Source: Balamuthia mandrillaris
Taxonomy: Eukaryota
Direction of reading: 5' to 3'
Assembly (NCBI GenBank): GCA_031835245.2
Contig: JAVKOQ020000107.1
Location: 62,001 to 126,000, forward strand
Length of the DNA stretch: 64,000 bases
Part shown: positions 36,238 to 49,134 of the stretch, piece after piece
Layout of the letters: each line of letters opens with the position of its first letter
Position numbering within the stretch: position 1 is the first letter of the stretch
Notes under the pieces: generated by a model
The model's database searches: none
What the model saw: the letters and a program-made list of their open reading frames with translations, nothing else
Told to the model about the DNA's origin: nothing
Position numbers and translations under genes: made by a program

Positions 36238-38704
36238 TTATTGTTGCGTCCTAAACTCAGCTTTGAGCTTCCACAACTTGCTGCGTTTGCTGAAGTAGGC
36301 TATTTGCTTGAGCAAGCGCCTGAAGATGGTGATCTGAGTAGGGGTCGTCTGTACTTTGAACCGTGAGACGAGGTCACTTGTCTGTGCGGTTCCACCTTGC
36401 TCTTGCAAGTAATCATAAATGTCGAGAATCAGCCTTGTCTGTGGATTGTCGTCGGAAACATCATCTTCTTGCTGTTGTGAGGTAGATTGTTGTTGCTGTT
36501 CGGATTCTTCTCCTTCTTCCTCTGTTATCATTCTTCTTTCCTTCATTCGTCGAATGAGTTCTGCAGAAGAAGGGAGTGGGCCAGCTGTTAGAGCTCCTCC
36601 TCCGCTGCTTCCCTCCACAATTGGAGAAAGGAAGACGCCGCTTCGTTCACTGTCAAAGTAACTACTGGTACTTCCACTTTTCTTCGGAGTTGGCGTGGAA
36701 GAAGGCGAAGATGAAGCAGAAAAGTTTCGTATGATTGCCGGCATGTCGGTAACACTGCCTCCCATTTTCTCTGAAAGAGCCACTAACTTGGTATTGCGTT
36801 GAGTGCCGAACCGTTTATTGCTACGTCCTGAGAGTTGAGATGGAAGACCTGCTCTGCCGGAACGTCCAGTCCAGGTAGGAACTGCCACGTCGCTCTGTTG
36901 ACGAGATAGTCTTGACTTCCGCAACAGTTGCATTGCTTCATTGGCAACTTTGGCAGCTATTATGTTTGAAATTAAATAAAAGAGTTTTAGGAAGAAAGGT
37001 AGAAAACATTTACCTTCTTGTTCCACCAAGTCTTGTTCTTGACCAGATTGTTCAACGATGGCATCGTGGGAAAGTGTGTCGATACCAGTGTTGTCGAATA
37101 GCTTGCGAAGGATGAAGGCATCGTCTTTTGAGCTTTGAGAACTTTCTCCTCCGCCTCCTTTTGCAGTTTCTCGTTCTCCTTCGCCTGTTTGCTCATCAGA
37201 GGTGCTATCTTCAGGGGCGCTTTTATTATTGGCGTCGTCATCAGGAGTAATTGTGGCATCTTCAGAAGTAGAGTACGAGAATAAAGCTTTGGTTTCGGTG
37301 GTCTCATCGTCTAATCCCAATCGAAACAAATCTCGTAAATCTGAAGACTAACATGGAAGAAAGACGTAAACAACAGACAGAAAAAGTATCAACCAAAGCC
37401 ATTACGAACCTTAAAGAATCGACGCTGTTTGGGATCCTTTAAGATCTTGTTGGTCAAAAACTGTTTGAATATTTGCCGATGATACATCTTTTCCTCAATA
37501 GTACCTCTCGTGATGAGCCTATATACTGTCACTTCCTTCGTTTGACCGATCCGCCATGCTCGTTCTCTCGCTTGTGAATCTGTCGAAGGATTCTATTTTT
37601 TACATGTGAGAAAGGTGAGAGGGAGAGGGAGAGGGAGAGGGAGAGAGGGAGAGGGAGAGGGAGAGGGAGAGGGAGAGGAGAGGGGAGAGGGAGAGGGAGG
37701 GAGAGGGAGAGGGAGGAGAGGGAGAGGGAGAGGGAGAGGGAGAGAGAGGGAGAGGGAGAGGGAGAAGGGAGAGGGAGAGAGAGAGGGAGAGGGAGGGAGA
37801 GGGAGAGGGAGAGGGAGAGAGAGGGAGGAGAGAGAGAGAGAGTTCAAACCCAATCGGGATCATATATTAGCACGCGATCAGCTCCACAGAGGTTGACTCC
37901 TAAACCTCCGACTTTGGTGGTAAGCAAGAAGACAAAGATATCAGGATTCTGATTGTATTCTTCCACAAGCGGCATTCTTTTTTTGATGGAAGTAAGACCA
38001 TCCATTCTACGGTACTCATATCCTAGAATGGTAGCCAAATGCAAACAAAGTTGAAGGTGGTTGAAAGATATTAAAATCAGGTTTTTGAAGAATACCTTTA
38101 GATATGATGAACGCTTCGACAATGTCAAGCATTTGGCGCGTTTGACAAAACAACAAAACGCGATGGCCTTGGTCCTTCCACATGTGCAACAATTGCTCTG
38201 TCACTTTGAGCTTTCCTGATTTTTGCCAATCCATATAATCTTGAGGCTATAATATAATCCATTAGTTAGAACGAAATGGGGTTTGAAAAAACAAGACAGG
38301 AAAGGACCTGATCATGCGAGTCCAGGTACAAAAGATCTGGGTGATTGCACACTTTGCGAAGAATGTCGATAGCATAAAGGACTCTCATGGAGCGTTCGTC
38401 TAGCATACGTCCAATGTCAACGGTTTTCAGAAACTCAGAATAGGTTTTTCTTTGTACAGGTGTGAGCTGGCAGAAGAGTACTTGCTCTCTTTTCTTTGGA
38501 AGGTTGATGTTGACATCGGCTTTCATTCGACGAAGAAGATAAGGGCGAATAAGGTCACGAAGAACAACGGCGCATTTATAAGCGGTTTGTACTTGTAAAC
38601 GAGAAGCATTGCTGTAGCCTCCTAACGCAATTGGCACTCCAAACTGAGCTTGAAAGATAGGTAGAGTCTAAAAGCAAATATTTCAATCAATAAATGTTCC
38701 AGGA

Positions 38705-38761
<57 letters not shown>

Positions 38762-41274
38762 AGTCTGAAACTTACACCAAGTTTGCCAGGAAAAACAAAA
38801 TCAAACAATGACCAAAGCTCAGTAAGGTTATTTTGTATTGGAGCTCCAGTTAATATTATTCTGTGTGGTGTCTAAATGGATAGTTAGATAGCAAGAAAAA
38901 AAGAGACAAAGATTGCTTCGCACCTTCAACACTTTAGCAGCGAGTGTGACTTCGGCATCTGGATTTCTTATTTTGTGACCTTCATCCAAGACAGCATACG
39001 CCCATGCCACTTTTCCCAACAACTCCTGATTGATCCTCATTCCAGCATACGTAGTTATCAAAACGTGTCCTTTTTACATGATGAGATGTTAAACACATAT
39101 TAGAATAGCAATGATATATTTAAAAAAAACACAGAGAGACAAACCGTTGCTTGCAATCTTGTGAACAATTTCATCCTTTTCGCCAACATGCGATCCGCTT
39201 TCGTGCAACAAGGCAACACGGAAAGGAGGCCACCATCGGTGAAACTCCTGTACCCATTGCTTCAACACAGTTGCTGGACAAACTACCAACACAGGTCCTT
39301 CTAACATGTCGCTGTGATGCAAACCACCAAGGAATGATATCATCTGGATGGTCTTTCCTAATCCCTGTTGTATTTTTACGTTAACACCAGAAACCGCAAA
39401 GACAAGAAGGAAGAGATAAAGTACCATTTCGTCGCCAATGATTCCCCCAGCTCCTTGGCAATGTAACTCCCACATCCATCTCACGCCAGTCTTTTGGTAG
39501 TCAAAAAGTCTGTCGTATACAAAGTCCGGAATGCGATAACCACCTTCCAGTACCACGTCTTGTGGAGTCACATCTTCCTCCATATCATCCACTAAATTTA
39601 ATGCGTCTTCTTCCTCTTCCTCCTCCTCTTCTTCTTTTTCTTCTTCTTCTTCTTCTTCTTCTTCTTCTTCTTGTTCTTCTTCTTGTTCTTCTTCTTGTTC
39701 TTCTTCTTCTTCTTCACGTCCAGCTTCTTGGGGTTCTTCCGCTTCTTTTTCTTTTTCGTTTTCTCCTTCTTTCGCATGTTCATTCTCTGTGGACTCTCTG
39801 AACTTTCTCAATACATCTTTTTGTTCGTCTTCTTCCTCTTCTACTTCCTCCTCTTGCTCTACTTGCATCTTATTTTCTCTCTTTCTTCTCTGCCGCATCT
39901 CCTGTAACAGCTGCTGCCGTTGATCCTGCCATGCCTCTAATCGAGCGTAATACACCTCATCATCAGCATCGTCCATCCACATAACCAAGTCCTTTTTGGA
40001 CAGCCTTCTGCTCTTTCCTTTCTTCTTTCTTTTCTCTTCTCGACGCAACTCTCTTAAACTTGGAGGGAGTTTGCCTTTCTCTCGCTCCGGTTGAGCACTT
40101 CCATCCATGCCCATTCGTTTGGCTTCTAACTCTTGCTCTTCATCCATTGCCGGTGAGGTTGCCAACGAGCTCTTCACACGTTGGGGTTGGCTCTTTTGCG
40201 TGGATGACTTTTCGAATGGAGTTATCTGTCCGGTTCGTAGCAACCGGTCCCGTTTCGTTTCTTTCAATGCAGCATCGAATGCTTCGAAAAGATGGAAAAT
40301 GCTTTAGAGACAGAGCAAAAGCAAATAGCATAACGAGACGAAGAACACTTGAATGAAAAACCTGAATCTTCTTGAATGCTGCTAGATGCAGAGGAAAGGC
40401 CTCGCCGAGAGGAAGAGGAAGAACGGCCAGCTGGAGTCTCCTTGGCTTTCTGTTTCTGCCTTGAAGCAGCCAACGCCACCATCATTTTCTCCTTCCTCTC
40501 CAGCTCTTCCAACCTCTTTTTCTAGTTTTCATTTTTTTTTTTGAGCATAGAGCACACCGAAAAGAGAAACGAGAAAGAGAAAGACTTACTTTGGTGCTCT
40601 TTTGCACAACTATTTTAGAAGCAGCCTTCGGGTCTCTCACTGCCTCCAGCTGAGCGAGCTCCGCCCTCACCTTGCTAATCTCCTGCCTCAAAGCCTCCAA
40701 CCGTTGCTGCTCTCTGGCTACTTCTCTCTTCTCCAACGCTTCGTCCACCTTTTTTTGGTTCGTTTTGTTATATGGAAGCAAGAGAGAGAGAGAGAGAGAG
40801 AGGAGAAGAAAGAGACAAGAGCAAGTGAGAGCTGAGTGTGTGAACCTGTGCCAGAACGTTTTGTTCGACGTCCTCAGGTCGATAGGCGGAGACGCCCAGG
40901 CTCGCCAAGTTCGTTCTCGCCTCGTCGTGCTGGGAGAACTCTGCCAGCTCGCCCAACGGCACCGAAGGGATCAGGCTCGAGTCTATGGACAGACTCCCTC
41001 CGCCACTGCCCTCAGTCCTCCGTTCACTGCCTTGGTTGTTGTTCTTCTTTGTTTCTACTTTGTCCTTTCTTTGGTCCCTTCTTCTTTTGTTGTTGGCTGC
41101 TACTTTCCCTTCTGTTCGGCTGATGTTCTCATCTTGCGGCAGCTCCTCCAAGTCGATTCTTGTTCGTTTGGAGGGAGTTTTGTTTTTCGTTTTTGTCGCA
41201 CTGAACATGTCGGCTTCTTCTTCTCTTTTTCTAGGAGAGGCGTGAAAGTATTGGTCCAAAGAGAGTTGCTTCAT
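36238..41274 (-). CDS. ERCC6: ERCC6/CSB/Rad26 SWI2/SNF2 ATPase (transcription-coupled repair)
   Basis: [103 protein letters not shown]-terminal winged-helix/UBD. Confidence 0.96.
37615..37841. repeat. (GGGAGA)n G-rich tract in an ERCC6 intron
   Basis: Read directly. Confidence 0.9.
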
Positions 41275-41780
41275 TGACTCCCCGCTGCGCCCCAGTAGTG
41301 GAGGGCTTTCGCTTCTTCTTCTTCCTCTTGTGGGTTTTTTTTCTCAGCACACACTTTTCTTGGAATATTTTCGGTCAAAATTAAGTCGACATTATATGTA
41401 CTTTCTGTCGACAGTTTCCTACCCTCCATCATGTCGACATTAGGAAGCACAGCGCTATCTTGCCCACAACTGCAATGGTTTTATAGCTTTGCGCGAGGTC
41501 CTCAACAAAAGACCTGACAGGTCAGGGGGAAACTTGGGCGAACCGGATGTAAGGGATGAAGCAAGCAAATGCAGATGGAACGGAGCGAAAAACAAGAAAA
41601 TGAACAACAAAAAAATACCAGAGTGGAAAAAAGAAGACCACAAAAGTAAATGTAGAGTTAGTTTGGTGCATTTGATTGGGTAAAAAGTACAAAAAGTGAA
41701 CATTCATTTTGATATGGCTCTTCTTCAAAAAGAACCCCTACTTTGGTTTTCTCATATGACCTGCTCTCAGGTTTTTTTTG

Positions 41781-44700
41781 TTAAACTCCACCAAGCCCGG
41801 AAGAGGAGGTAAAATGATCCTGTTGCTGCTCTCCCCCCTCTTGCACTGGAGGCATGGCGTGCTCTCTTAAAGTTGCCACTGCTGCTAGATTGCGTTGTCT
41901 CTGTTGCTGTTGTTGGGATCTTCTCAGCATAAACGAAGGAGAGGAGGGAGAAGAAGAGGATCCGGAGCTGTTTCCACCGTATCCCCTCGAGAGCAGCGGG
42001 GAAGAGGTGGAGATTGGCGGGGGTAATGGAAGCGCCGACATGGAAGCAGAGGTGGGAGAAGGAAAAGTGAGAATGGCGGAGCCTCTCTCCTTGCCGCTTC
42101 TCGTTGTGGCGATACTCACTGAAGAGGAAGAAGAGAGAATCTTTCTACTTGGGTTGTCGCTAAACCCTCTATTTCTCCCTATATTGATGCTTTTGTCAAC
42201 TTCTCCTCTCGTTCCTCCTTCTCCTCCTCGAGAGGAGGAGGCTAAACCAGAAGTAGGAGAAGAGGCACTATGAGAACGAGGATCGCTTCGTCGGCCGTAC
42301 CCGCGAAGAGAGCCACCTCCAGAGTAAGAGATAGAGAGGCGGCTTCGGTTCCAGCTGGGAAGAATGAAGCTGCTGCTGCTCATTCCGGTGTAGGAGAAGT
42401 AATTGCAGTCCGTCTTTTCCTCGTTCAACAGAGATGGCTGTTCTTCGGTTGGTACTCCGGTCTTTGTGGTTGTAACCCTTTCTTCTCCTTCTTTTTCCTT
42501 CTCCTTATCCTTGTTGTCAGAAGAGGATAAAGAAGCCGAAGAGGGCAAATCGGTGGGAGTTGATGGTGATGTGGTTGCTATGGGAGCGGAGACGACCCAT
42601 CTCAAAAAGTATCCACTCCAGAAGCGAATGTTTCTTCCCCCGACCTGTGCTCGAAGCACCTCATCCTTCTTTTGAGGTTCGTAGAGTTCATTCAGAAAGA
42701 GATGAGCATTTGTGTTGACGTAGCTCCAAACAGAAACGCTGTGGTTAGGAAGAAATCCTTTTGGTTGCTTCTTGTTAGATGATGAAGCTGGTTCTTTCTC
42801 TTTTTTTGGCTCTCTGGAACTCTTTCTATTGGGCTTAGGCGCTCCTTTCGTTTCTTCTCCTCCACTGTCTCCTCGTTCAACATCGCTTCCTCCCCCGTTA
42901 CCACCTTTTGGTGTTCTTGATGAGGGCATCGGAGAAGGTGCAGGAGACGAAGCTGCAGAAGAAGCTCTAGAGCTCGCACGAGAGCCAGCACGTGAACTCG
43001 GACGAGAGGTTGAACGGGAAGCGGCACCTGTGGAGGGTTTGGAGGAAGAAGCAGGAAGGGCTAGATGTCTTTCTGGGTGTTCCAATGGAGAGATCATCCT
43101 TTGTCTTTCGCAGTTGTGAAGAAAAGTTCCAAACACGCAGGAATACACCCAATCTTGCAAGTTTATCAAAAGTCTTTCGTTAAACTCAAATGAAAGTGGG
43201 GATTGTTGCATTAGTTGCCACACGCAGTCCAAGAACTGAACCGACGAAGCACAAGAAACAACGGAAAGTGTAAGTACGTTGACATGTCAACACAAATGAA
43301 GAATCGAACCTGGAGAAAAATTGGTGCGCGTTGTTTGTCCTTGTAGTCCTGCATCAATCCACCCTGCTCCTCTCCAGCATGCCCATGCCGAGTTGCGAAC
43401 TGTTTGGTAAAAAGGAGAAGAACATGAGAAACAGGAGAACAAGAGAGCAGGAACACAACCTTGTGTCCAAATGAAAGCCACTCTTTCTCTATGAGAACCG
43501 CGAATCCTTTCAATGTACGAAAGTAAGGGTCGAGCATTAGCATGGCCAGCGACGTGATTTGACTGGTTCTGTCCCAGCCGTCGCTGCAGTGTGTCAACAC
43601 TGAACACGGTTCCCTCTCCAAGAGGTTGGTCACGAAGGAGGCTGCTTTAAGTATCTTTCCAATGATAGATACCCATTCGCTGTTCTGTGCCGCCTAGTCA
43701 ATAAAAGGAGAAAGAAAAAGAATGACTAAGATTTGGCAAACAGCTACGAATGTTAGAGATATCAAACCTCCCATAACCAACGTTGCGAGTCTGTTGGCTC
43801 TCTTGCAAACAATAAACTCAGTTTGCGGACATTCTCGTGCGCTTCTCTCACAACTTTTAGGCAAAGATGACAAGAAAAGAAGATTTTGAGCTTGTTAGGA
43901 CAAAATCAAAGGAAAAAATAAGAAAGAAGATACCGTGTATGTTATCAATTCCAAGGAAAAATAACTTGCTGTACTTGGACTTGGACAAGTTCTCGAATCC
44001 TCCACCAACCACGGCGTTGGCTCTTGCGTTCTTTTTAGGACGAGCGTCTACTATATAGAGCTTTGCCCTCTCCCCAACAGAAGGATGGGTGAGCCGTATC
44101 GCTTCCAAAAGTTCCTGAGATTGTGTGATCAGATAAAAGTCATTTTCTCTCTTCTTCCTGCTTGCTTTGCCTCCTTACACCATTTGTTCTGTCTTTCTAT
44201 TTTCTTTCTACCACGTGCAGAGAGGTGTACCTCATCGTCTTTGGATTTGTTCCTTGTAAGACCAACCAGCGGTTGACTTGACCGCAACAAACACGACGAA
44301 CTAGACGGATGTTTCCAAACACACGTTGGTATTCGTCCTGACAAGGAAAAAAAGTTAGTAGGCGAGATACAAAGAATGGAGGAAGAAATAACCATGGCTT
44401 CGTTTCTTGGCCACGGCAACAAGAGTTTCATCAGGAATTGAGGCTGGCACCACCAACACAGAGGGGTACGTAGGGGCTATCATATACTGCTTATTCACGC
44501 TGGTCAGCCTCCAAAATCGCGAGGAGGTCAGACCCAACCGCTTGTACTCCTCTTTGGCGTTATAGATGGTCCACCCGTTGAACTTGGAGGTATAACTTGG
44601 CGTATAGTGGAAGCAAAAGAGGGAGGATGAACGTGAAGGAAAGACAGCAGCGAGGAGGTTCTCGTAAAAGGATTGGAACTGAGTGTGCCCGCCTCCGGAT

Positions 44701-45152
44701 TTGGTGGGGTGAGTGTGAAAGTGGAAACGTTCATGTCGTATGTCCTTGCAGATGAGTTCAATGCAGAGGGAGGATAGCGCATCTTCCTTGTCTTTCTTCT
44801 TCTTGATTCTTTGGATAGTGGCCAATGGAATGAATGCTTGCTGTATGAAAGTAGAGAATGAGAAGGAAACGAATAAGAGGCATACAGAAGAAGGAGAAGA
44901 AGAAGAAGAAGGAGGAGGAGGAGGAGGAGGAGGAGGAGGAGAAGAAGGAGAAGAACAAGAAGAAGAAGAACAAGAACAAGAACAAGAACAAGAACAAGAA
45001 CAAGAACAAGAACAAGAACAAGAACAAGAACAAGAACGAGAACAAGAAGAAGAAGAAGAAGAAGAAGAACGAGAACCAGAAGAAGAACAAGAAGAAAGAA
45101 GGAGAACAAAGAAGAAGGAATGAGAGCAAACACAACAGAAGCGCAAGGGGAA

Positions 45153-45190
<38 letters not shown>

Positions 45191-45829
45191 CTGGCGCGAA
45201 GTTTGGGAGGAAATGAAAAGTAACAACAGAACACAACAAAACACCCCTTTATCAAAAATACCTGCGGTACGGTGGAGGGCTGATCCGCAATGACCACCAG
45301 CTGAAAGTTGGTCAGAAAGAGGGTATAGAAGGCCAGCGACATCGACGCTCTCTTGGAGCTCCGCCTGCTTGAGCGTGGGGCAGCAGCGCCACCCCTTTGT
45401 TCTTGCTGCTGTTGCGATGGCGGTTTAGCGCGAGTGGAGGTCCACCGCACGTCCTGAAAGTAGCCCTGGATCTGTTCTCCTGGCAGCAAATACGACTTGC
45501 AGCGAGTCTTTTTTTTTTTTTTGGTTAAACGTTTTTTAGTCAAAAGAAAAGAAGAAAACGAAAAGCAAAAAAGAAAAAGAAGAAGAAGAAGAAGAAGAAG
45601 AAGAAGAAGAACAACAACAACAAGAAGAACAAGAAGAGAGAGAAAAAAATGAAACGATGGAAGGAAAGAAACGAACGACTGGGTCGGATAGCTCTCGGAT
45701 GGTGAGCGCAGCTCCGAACGAGCTGCTGCTGCTGCGTGACCCGCCGTCTTTTGCCCCTTCACGCTCTTCCTCCGAGTGAGAGGCAGAGGAGGAGGACCCC
45801 TTGCGAGCTGCCTTCTGCCTGTCCTCCAT
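41781..45829 (-). CDS. Myotubularin-family phosphoinositide 3-phosphatase (PH-GRAM plus active PTP domain)
   Basis: [13 protein letters not shown] (GRAM), [32 protein letters not shown], catalytic [27 protein letters not shown]. Confidence 0.95.
44886..45100. repeat. Compound (GAA/GGA/GAACAA)n intronic microsatellite in the myotubularin gene
   Basis: Read directly. Confidence 0.9.
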
Positions 45830-46070
45830 TCCCGTCGGCTCGACCCCGGTTTTTTTCTTTCTTTACTTTTTTTTTGTGTTTTTGGTTGAAAGAAACTATT
45901 TCACCTTTTTTAGGCAAGAATACCTTTTTAAGGCTATTCATCTGCACAAAAACTGCACAATTATTGTAGTTTTCGAGCACGTTCGTGATCTCTTGCATAA
46001 ATGTTGCTGCCTTTCTGTACGATTTGTGCAAAGGAAAGAGTAGCAAGAAGAAGAAGAGAAGAGAAGAACG

Positions 46071-46874
46071 ATGGAAGAGCTTTTGGCTGGGTACGGCCAA
46101 GAGGGAGAAGAAAGAGAGGAGGCAGACCGACCGGCTGAAGAAGGTCCTCTCCGTGGCGCAACAACAACAACAACGCCCTCCTCAGCCTGCGCAAAGAGAG
46201 GCCTCGCCTCCCAGCTGATCCAGTCGACAGGGAACTCCACCACTGCCCCTCCCATTCGGCCCTACGTCTCCAAACGACAACGCCTCTCCACTCCTTCCTC
46301 TTCTTCCTCTTCTGCTTCCTCTTCTTCTGGCCTCTCCTCCTCCTCTTCTTCTGCTACTCTCTCGGTTGACGTGAGTGTGGAAGCACTTCCCATAAAGCTT
46401 CGACGACTGGTCGTCGGCTCTTGTGCTGATTCTGAGGAGGAGGAGCAATGGAGGAGGAAGAAGAGGGCGCAGCATCGCACAAAACTGCCCAACAAGACCT
46501 CTCCTTCGCTCTTGTTGCGGCAACATGGTGCCGCCGTGAATGTCTTACGCTGGTCCAACCTTACTGGTTTGTGGGTCGTTTCTTTCTTGTCGTTTCTTTC
46601 TTGTCGTTTCTTTCTTTCTTGTCGTTTCTTTCTTTCTTGTCGTTTCTTTCTTTCTTGTCGTTTCTTTCTTTCTCTCTTTCTTTCTTTCTTTCTTTCTTGT
46701 CGTTTCTTTCTTTCTTGTCGTTTCTTTCTTGTCGTTTCTTTCTTTCTTGTCGTTTCTTTCTTTCTTGTCGTTTCTTTCTTTCTTGTCGTTTCTTTCTTTC
46801 TTTCTTTCTTTCTTGTCGTTTCTTTCTTTCTCTTTCTTTCTTGTCGTTTCTTTCTTTCTTTCTTTCTTGTCGTT

Positions 46875-46926
<52 letters not shown>

Positions 46927-48352
46927 TGCTTTCTTTGCTTTCTTTGCTTTCTTTCTTTCTTTGCTTTCTTTGCTTTCTTTGCTTTCTTTGCTTTCTTTGC
47001 TTTCTTTCTTTCTTTGCTTTCTTTGCTTTCTTTCTTTCTTTTCTTTTCTTTTCTTTCTCATTTTTACGTTCTTTTTCATCCCCACAAAACAACAAACAAA
47101 GGAGGGTACTTGGCCTCTGCATCCATGGATGGTACGGTGCGTTTATGGGATGTCTTTCGAGCCAACAAAGCGGAGCAGCGCCCATGCGAGAGCGTTGTTA
47201 TAGCCAGCCATGAAGCTGGCGTGAGGGACATTCAATGGAGTCATGATAATGGTCATCTGTTGTCGGGTGGCTTCGACAAACAAGTTTTACTGACGGACGT
47301 GCAGACAGGCCAGCTTGTTCAGGTTTGACTCTGTTGTTTTTGTTTTGTTGAGTTGTGAACTTCTCTCTCTCTCTCTCTCTCTCTCTCCTTTCTTTGTTCG
47401 TTCACTTACATTACTTCTCTCACACATCAGACTAGCAAACATGAGGAATTTATCACAGGTAATTATCATTTCTTAATCACCCTTATTGTTCTTCTTCATC
47501 CTTTCTCACTTCTTTCCATTTCTCTCAGCATTACGTTACCATCCATCAACGGATGAGAGCAACCTGTTCCTGTGCGGAGGCGCCAAGTCAGGACTCTTTT
47601 GTTGGGATCTGCGAACCACCAAGATGGCCATTCGCTATAAAGGCATTGTGGGACAGGTTCAGAGCCTGGAGTTCATCAAAGAAGGTGAGCAGTTCGTGTC
47701 CAGTGCTGATGTGCTCAAACGCAACTCCGCTGATAAGGGCATCATGGTTTGGGACTTCAAAGCTGTATGTATTCTCTTCTTTCTTCGCCTCCTCTTTTTT
47801 TATTCTCTTTCTCCTATCATTTCTTACATTTACATTATAAGGGCGTGGTGATCTCCAACCAAGTCTATCAAGAAGTGTATACATGCCCATGGCTACGAGC
47901 TCATCCAGATGGGGCGAGCTTCATTGCTCAATCCAACGCTGGGTACATCACCATCTTCTCCACTCAACCGCCATTTAAGCTCAACAAAAGAAAGGTAACA
48001 AACACGTTTAAGAAATTGAATAACAGAAAGAGAAAAAGAAGAGCGGGAAGGAGAGTGAGTGCGAGAGAATGAAGCGACCTGACTATTTCACAAAAAGCGC
48101 TTTGAAGGTCATCAAGTATCAGGTTATCGGATCACCTGTGACATAAGCCCAGATGGAATGTTGGTTGCATCGGGATCGACAGATGGCAAAGTTTATTTCT
48201 ACGATTGGAAGTCATCTGCTATAGTGAAGGTCTTGGCGCAGCCATTCAGCAACACTGCCAACACGGTATGTACTGGCGTTGTCTTTCACCCTTTGTTGCC
48301 GCGCTGCCTGGCTGCATCTGGTTGGAATGGCTCCATCTCCATTTTCGAGTAA
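46071..48352 (+). CDS. WDR25: WD40-repeat protein WDR25-like
   Basis: N-terminal LLAGY..., RPYVSKRQR motif, LASASMDGTVRLWDV, QVYQEVYTCP.LRAHP..FIAQSN, KRKRFEGHQVSGY. Confidence 0.85.
46577..47060. repeat. Intronic minisatellite (TTTCTTTCTTTCTTGTCG-type units, then TTTCTTTGC units) in WDR25
   Basis: Higher-order ~18-nt and 9-nt units built on TTTC. Confidence 0.9.
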
Positions 48353-49134
48353 AGGAAGAGAAAATAACAACGAGGAGAAAAGAACAAAAAGAACCAGAGT
48401 TCGTCAGACAACTGAAATGACGGAGCATTTATTTATTGGGGGTATGTTCTCTCATCTCGGTCTGTCTCTTCTCTCTACCTCTCTTCTCTTCGTTGTCATC
48501 TCTTTATCGTTGTTTTATACAGATAGATTCCATCACTGATAGAAGTGAGAAGCGGAACAGCAACGATGGATGAGAATCAAGCATGTAGGCGCATTTATTC
48601 CGTGGAGTTCAACGAGAGGTCCTCCCCCATCATCATCAGGCCCTCACACACACACATCGGAGGGAGAGGCGGCGAGGTCATGGAGGAAGCGAGAGGACAG
48701 GAGATCCGATAAGAGAGAGGTTACATGGACAGGAGCGTAGATAAGGGAGTGGATAAGAGAATCATCCAGCGGTGACGTCACATGTTGGCGGAGATCGGAT
48801 TCAGATCTGAAGATCGGTGCAATTCTCCGCGGAAGAAGCGAACCACCAAGAGCATTGTAACAAGCCAAAAAGTGTCCGGAACCCGCCTTGGCGGTGGTTT
48901 GCGAAGAGGTCCGTTCATCTCCATGGGGTGTCGACAGAAATTAATCCAACGTTTCATTTTTGCAGCAGGTGCGTTTCCTTTGCGTCGTCCCAACTTTTAC
49001 GTGACCGACACGGTTTGAACCTCCACCTTCTCCTCCTTTCTTTCTTTTTGTCTTTTTTTTTGAATTCAAAACAAATCCGTTTTTCTCTCTCTCCTCCCCA
49101 TAAAAAAGGCGGTTTCGAGCAGACTCATCCAACC

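Noticed and set aside
46262..47203. Lys/Glu/Arg-rich and Phe/Leu/Ser-rich repeat ORFs; possible CRISPR-like array
   Set aside because: Low-complexity intronic minisatellite without unique spacers; eukaryotic context with no cas genes.
48560..48640. Possible C/D-box snoRNA (TGATGA on the minus strand)
   Set aside because: No matching D box (CTGA) or terminal stem at a suitable distance.
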